Positions 59,326-63,344 of a stretch of DNA of 63,344 nt are shown here, piece after piece. Numbering within the stretch: position 1 is the stretch's first letter; each line of letters starts with the position of its first letter. The DNA comes from a virus (Duplodnaviria; Caudoviricetes), in the IMG/VR virus record IMGVR_UViG_3300037200_000212, positions 1-63,344 of that record, one strand, 5' to 3'. Below the pieces are notes generated by a model, which did not search any database, was not told where the DNA came from, and saw only the letters and a program-made list of their open reading frames with translations. A program made the position numbers and the translations under genes.

Positions 59326-59986
59326 AAATTCTCCAATAAAATCCTTTATATAATGCATTATTTTTTATAGCTCTATATATAGAATCTCTTTTATAATTAT
59401 TATCTTTTAATTCATTATTATTTTTATAAAAACAAGACATATTTGATTCTGGGTTTATTGCCAAATATGCAGTTTTTCTTGATTCCCAACTTTTTAATCT
59501 ACTTTCATGTTGTTTAATTCTATAAGAAGAATCATTCCAATTTTCTTTTCTTGATTTACTTATTTTTTTTCTATATTCTTCTTTAGACCAATTATTTTTG
59601 CTATATTGACTTATTAAGTTTCTTAATTCTGGATTAATATTATATATTTCTTTATGTTTTAAAATTAGTTCTTCTGAAAATTTTCCACCACTATTACCAC
59701 CTAATTGTAAATTATAACCATTTGGACTTACAGTATTTAGAGTTTTAATCCAATATCTTTCTTTTTCATTCAATTCTTCTATATTATTTGCTATATCTAA
59801 TATAGTCCATTTAAAATTTTCTTTACCATATTTCAATATTGCTTGCTTTAATAGAAATGGAACTTTGGATTTCTTTTTTAAATTATAAGGTTTAAAATGA
59901 TCTCGTATACGTTTATCTGTTTTTTGAACAGTTTGACCTATATAGTGTTTATTAGTTATAATACATGTGATTTTATAAATAGTCAT
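59315..59986 (-). CDS. GIY-YIG homing endonuclease
   Basis: IYKIT...YIGQT...R...H, E..WI...NGYN...GG. Confidence 0.85.
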   Translation of the reverse strand: MTIYKITCIITNKHYIGQTVQKTDKRIRDHFKPYNLKKKSKVPFLLKQAILKYGKENFKWTILDIANNIEELNEKERYWIKTLNTVSPNGYNLQLGGNSGGKFSEELILKHKEIYNINPELRNLISQYSKNNWSKEEYRKKISKSRKENWNDSSYRIKQHESRLKSWESRKTAYLAINPESNMSCFYKNNNELKDNNYKRDSIYRAIKNNALYKGFYWRIYGK

Positions 59987-60129
59987 TTTATCTTATTATA
60001 CTTCTTTATTATAATCTTTTCAACTTTAATCATATATCCGCAAATGGAACATTTAAACCAAGTATTTCCTTTGACTAATTCCATATAAATCGCACACTTA
60101 GGACACGTTGAGGAAGTCTTTTTTAGCAT
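59983..60129 (-). CDS. 48-aa Zn-ribbon protein (below the ORF-track cutoff)
   Basis: MLKKTSSTCPKC...FKCSICG...; ATGA-coupled to GIY-YIG; ATG 4 nt after the TAACAACTAT motif. Confidence 0.55.
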   Translation of the reverse strand: MLKKTSSTCPKCAIYMELVKGNTWFKCSICGYMIKVEKIIIKKYNKIK

Positions 60130-60133
60130 ATAG

Positions 60134-60184
60134 ATAGTTGTTAACTACCATGGATATTATCTATTTATCACTATTAACAACTAT
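60134..60184. promoter_or_regulatory. Divergent pair of TAACAACTAT motifs
   Basis: Reverse copy 60134-60143 faces the endolysin unit; forward copy 60175-60184 faces the terminase unit. Confidence 0.6.
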
Positions 60185-60303
60185 ATATTAGAGACATGAA
60201 GCGTGCTAACAGCCTTACTTAGGGCAAAAAGGTGGTCTATGTACCCCAAACAGTGGCTCAAGCTAATATAGTTTCTATTTTTAAAAAAATTTAGGAGTAT
60301 TAA

Positions 60304-60594
60304 ATGCAAAAGACTAAAAGTACCATATTTTTGGCTCTATTATGTCTCTATTTCATTAAGGTCTTAGTTCGTTCTTCTGGATATGAAGATGCCGTAATTC
60401 TATTAGTATTAGGTTCTATTGTATCATTTTTTGAATTTAAAACGAGTGATTCTAAATTAGTTGCTATTGAAAAACAATTAGCAAAACTTACAGAAGATAT
60501 CGAAATTAAAAATAAAGACGTTGATGCAGTTAAAAGTGCAATGGCCAGCATGAAAATGGCTCAAGGGATGCGTGGAATAGGTAATGTCCGATAA
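60304..60594 (+). CDS. Two-TM + coiled-coil membrane protein
   Basis: Two hydrophobic helices; AGGAG RBS. Confidence 0.5.
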   Translation: MQKTKSTIFLALLCLYFIKVLVRSSGYEDAVILLVLGSIVSFFEFKTSDSKLVAIEKQLAKLTEDIEIKNKDVDAVKSAMASMKMAQGMRGIGNVR

Positions 60595-61009
60595 TATTTC
60601 CAAAACCATATTGCAATATAAAGAAATGAGTCAATTGCAAGCATATGCTGAAGCACAAAATAGTACCATATTAAATCTGTCAAAGAAATTAAAAAAACTT
60701 GAAGAAGAACGTGATCACCTCAAACAACTTTTAGAATCATCAGTTCCAATTTTAAAAGATGATAAATCATTGGGACAAAAATTTTTAACAAGTTCTGAGG
60801 AAGCAATATGTGTAATGCAACTCGAAAAGCTCAGAGATATTAGTAGTGGAAGAGAATTAACATTAGAAGAAGCAAGACGAGTAGAAATATTTTCAAAAGT
60901 ATTGACTGCTTCGAGAAATTCTCCAAAAGTTATCGAATTAAAAACTCAAAATATGAGTAATGAAGAACTTTTAGCCCTTGTTGAAGGGACAAATGACAAT
61001 TCTAACTGA
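60584..61009 (+). CDS. Possible terminase small subunit
   Basis: Helical protein immediately upstream of and overlapping terL; ends MSNEELL. Confidence 0.4.
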   Translation: MSDNISKTILQYKEMSQLQAYAEAQNSTILNLSKKLKKLEEERDHLKQLLESSVPILKDDKSLGQKFLTSSEEAICVMQLEKLRDISSGRELTLEEARRVEIFSKVLTASRNSPKVIELKTQNMSNEELLALVEGTNDNSN

Positions 61010-62477
61010 AAAAGAAGAAATTAAAAGAGCAGCACGCGAACAATTGTGGCGTAATGGAATGCTTTCTTTTAAATTAGACAAGACTCAAAAAGAATTATAT
61101 GATCTTTATTATAATTCTAAGCATAAAATAATGACTTGGCTTTTATCTCGTCGTCAAGGAAAGACTTATACGTTATGTGTTCTAGCTTTGGAACAATGTA
61201 TAAGAAAACCAAATGCAGTAGTTAAACTTGTTTCACCAACAAAGTTACAAGTTAATAATAACGTTAGACCAATTTTACGACAACTAATAGAAGATTGTCC
61301 AAGTGATATAAAACCAGAATTCAGACAAAAAGATTATATATATTATTTCAATAATGGTTCTGAAATTCAATTAGCTGGTAGTGATAGCGGTCATGCTGAA
61401 AAACTTCGTGGTGGTGACAGTGATATCTGGATGATTGATGAAGCTGGCAGTTGCGATGATTTAAAAAATATGATTAAAAGTATTCTTTTACCAACGACTC
61501 TCATAACAAAAGGTAAAGGAATTTTAGCTTCCACTCCTCCAAAAGAATCAGATCATGAATTTTTGGATTACATTCAAGAAGCTGAACAACGTGGTTCATT
61601 AATAATGAAAACTATTGATGATAATCCACGAATTACACCAGAACAAAAAGAAGAATTAATTGCAGAATTAGGTGGAATAAATACAGATGAAGCTCGTAGA
61701 GAATTATACTGCGAAATCATAAAAGATTCCAAAACTTCTGTAATACCTGAATTTGATAGTGCCTTAGAAAAAGAAATCGTAAAAGAATGGCCAAAACCTC
61801 CATTTTTTGATGCATATGAAGGCATGGATACTGGTGGAAAAGATCTTACTGTAGTTCTTTATGGCTATTATGATTTTAGAGCTGATAAAGTTATTATAGA
61901 AGATGAAACAGTTATTAATTTTCAAGACAAAGACATGACTATTGAACATCTTGCAAAAGAAATTAATAGAAAAGAAAAAGAACTTTGGACTAATCCAATA
62001 TCTTTGGAATATCGAGCACCACACATAAGAGTAAGTGATATTAGTTATATATTGACCCAAGAAATATACATGCATAGCAGAAAATTATTCTCCAAAGAAG
62101 AAGGAGTAGATTTTCAAATAGCAAGAAAAGACGATGCAGATGCTATGATTAATAATCTTCGTATAATGATTGGAAATAAAAAAATTATTATTCATCCAAG
62201 ATGTGTAACCTTGATAAGACATTTAAAAAATGTTCGATGGGATAAACAAAGAAAAGGTTTTGCTCGCAGTACAGATGATGGACATTATGATGCAGTAGAA
62301 GCTTTAAAATATTTAGTAAGAGTTATAGAATATAAAAAAAATCCATATCCTTCTCATTATCAAATGAATATGTCTAGTTTATTTGTTAAAGACCCTGCAA
62401 AATTTGCAGAAAATGGGAATAGTCAACTAGAAAAATACAAACAAATATTTGGTATTAGAACCAAGAGGAAATTTTAA
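60978..62477 (+). CDS. terL: Terminase large subunit
   Basis: SRRQGKT, LRG, IDEAG, ASTP, nuclease GMD.G and HYDAVEALKY. Confidence 0.9.
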   Translation: MLKGQMTILTEKEEIKRAAREQLWRNGMLSFKLDKTQKELYDLYYNSKHKIMTWLLSRRQGKTYTLCVLALEQCIRKPNAVVKLVSPTKLQVNNNVRPILRQLIEDCPSDIKPEFRQKDYIYYFNNGSEIQLAGSDSGHAEKLRGGDSDIWMIDEAGSCDDLKNMIKSILLPTTLITKGKGILASTPPKESDHEFLDYIQEAEQRGSLIMKTIDDNPRITPEQKEELIAELGGINTDEARRELYCEIIKDSKTSVIPEFDSALEKEIVKEWPKPPFFDAYEGMDTGGKDLTVVLYGYYDFRADKVIIEDETVINFQDKDMTIEHLAKEINRKEKELWTNPISLEYRAPHIRVSDISYILTQEIYMHSRKLFSKEEGVDFQIARKDDADAMINNLRIMIGNKKIIIHPRCVTLIRHLKNVRWDKQRKGFARSTDDGHYDAVEALKYLVRVIEYKKNPYPSHYQMNMSSLFVKDPAKFAENGNSQLEKYKQIFGIRTKRKF

Positions 62478-62479
62478 TT

Positions 62480-63344
62480 ATGTCTAATTCAAGTCCTTTT
62501 AATGATCCATCGGACGTATACTTCGCGGCTAAACCCGCAGCTGATGCCGCAAGTATTATATTAGGAAAGTCTGAATCGTTTTTTAATATTCTTCGATCTA
62601 ATAGCTATTTAGATAAACTTCAAAATATGTGGCGTGCATACAATGGTGCCTATTTAAACGACTACATTGGATATGGACATAGAGTAAATTTTACTGGAGA
62701 ACAAGGTGAATTAGTTCAAATTCCTATAAACCATTTTAGAAATCTTGCACAACATATTTATGTAATGATAACCTCTTCAAGACCTACCATGGATTGTAGA
62801 GCAATTAATACAGACTATAAATCATATGCTCAGACTTATCTTGGTAATCAAATTCTCGATTATTACATGCGAGAAAAGAATCTTGAAAGCTGTTTAACAA
62901 GAGCAACAGAACATGCAATTGTACTAGGTCAAGGATATGTAAAACTTGCCTGGAATGCAACAGCTGGAGAAATATATGATGTTGATCCAGAAACAGATGA
63001 AGCAGTAAGAGAAGGTGAATTAGAATTCTCAACTCCATCTGTATTTGACATAGTTATTGATGGAACAAAAGATACATGGAATAATGATTGGTTAACTGTT
63101 AGAAATTGGGTTAATAGATTTGATCTTATTGCAAAATATCCTGAAATGGCTGATAAAATTCGAGCACTTCCTCCAAAGAATCAAAGCACAGTATATCGTC
63201 TAGCTGTTTGGTCGAATGACGATACAGATGACGTAGCAGTTTATGAGTTCTTCCATCGACAAACTGAATCAATGCCAGATGGTCGATATATGTTATTTCT
63301 CGATTCAGATGTTATTCTCTTAGATGCTAAAATGCCTTATCGAA
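62480..63344 (+). CDS. Portal protein (5' part, runs off the window)
   Basis: Open frame MSNSSPFNDPSDVYFAAK...NHFRNLAQH...RP...G.GYVKL.W directly after terL, P22-like portal pattern. Confidence 0.75.
   Translation, partial: MSNSSPFNDPSDVYFAAKPAADAASIILGKSESFFNILRSNSYLDKLQNMWRAYNGAYLNDYIGYGHRVNFTGEQGELVQIPINHFRNLAQHIYVMITSSRPTMDCRAINTDYKSYAQTYLGNQILDYYMREKNLESCLTRATEHAIVLGQGYVKLAWNATAGEIYDVDPETDEAVREGELEFSTPSVFDIVIDGTKDTWNNDWLTVRNWVNRFDLIAKYPEMADKIRALPPKNQSTVYRLAVWSNDDTDDVAVYEFFHRQTESMPDGRYMLFLDSDVILLDAKMPYR

Noticed and set aside
62805-63038. 77-aa minus-strand ORF
   Set aside because: Shadow of the portal reading frame, which the ORF track omitted because it lacks a stop within the window
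1-63344. Stop-codon reassignment, tRNA genes, integrase or diversity-generating retroelement
   Set aside because: Genes are full length in the standard code and use all three stops; no cloverleaf, recombinase or reverse transcriptase motifs were recognised by eye

Overview
AT-rich (low-GC) tailed dsDNA bacteriophage DNA, most of a podovirus-like genome; no major capsid gene is recognisable in the window. Layout: (i) 1-15.8 kb, + strand: virion module with adaptor-like and very large nozzle-like tail proteins, Q/G-rich ejection proteins, a GNAT and a holin-like protein. (ii) 15.8-54.4 kb, - strand: lysis accessories, nucleotide metabolism, replication and recombination genes (dUTPase, DUF5664-like diphosphohydrolase, RecA-like, DnaQ-like exonuclease, RNA ligase, UDG, a split family-B DNA polymerase, AEP primase-helicase, ERF, PD-(D/E)XK nuclease, class II RNR), followed by many small early/accessory genes (Sm-like protein plus an RS-dipeptide repeat protein, SLT, PPase, HicA, SAM lyase-like). 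(iii) 54.4-55.0 kb: non-coding strand-switch region. (iv) 55-63.3 kb: small genes, M15 endolysin, GIY-YIG, terminase and the start of the portal. The strongest non-coding signal is a layered promoter system read directly from the sequence: four sigma54 (-24/-12) promoters, each with an IHF-like site at a near-fixed offset; three sigma28 (FliA) promoters; an array of 5-6 sigma54 boxes in both orientations within 150 bp next to a G-rich tract at the strand switch; and a phage-specific TAACAACTAT motif in front of late units, twice placed 4 nt before a leaderless ATG. A motile host that relies on RpoN/FliA (e.g. Bdellovibrionota) is inferred, not shown. All protein calls come from motif recognition by eye; no database searches were run.
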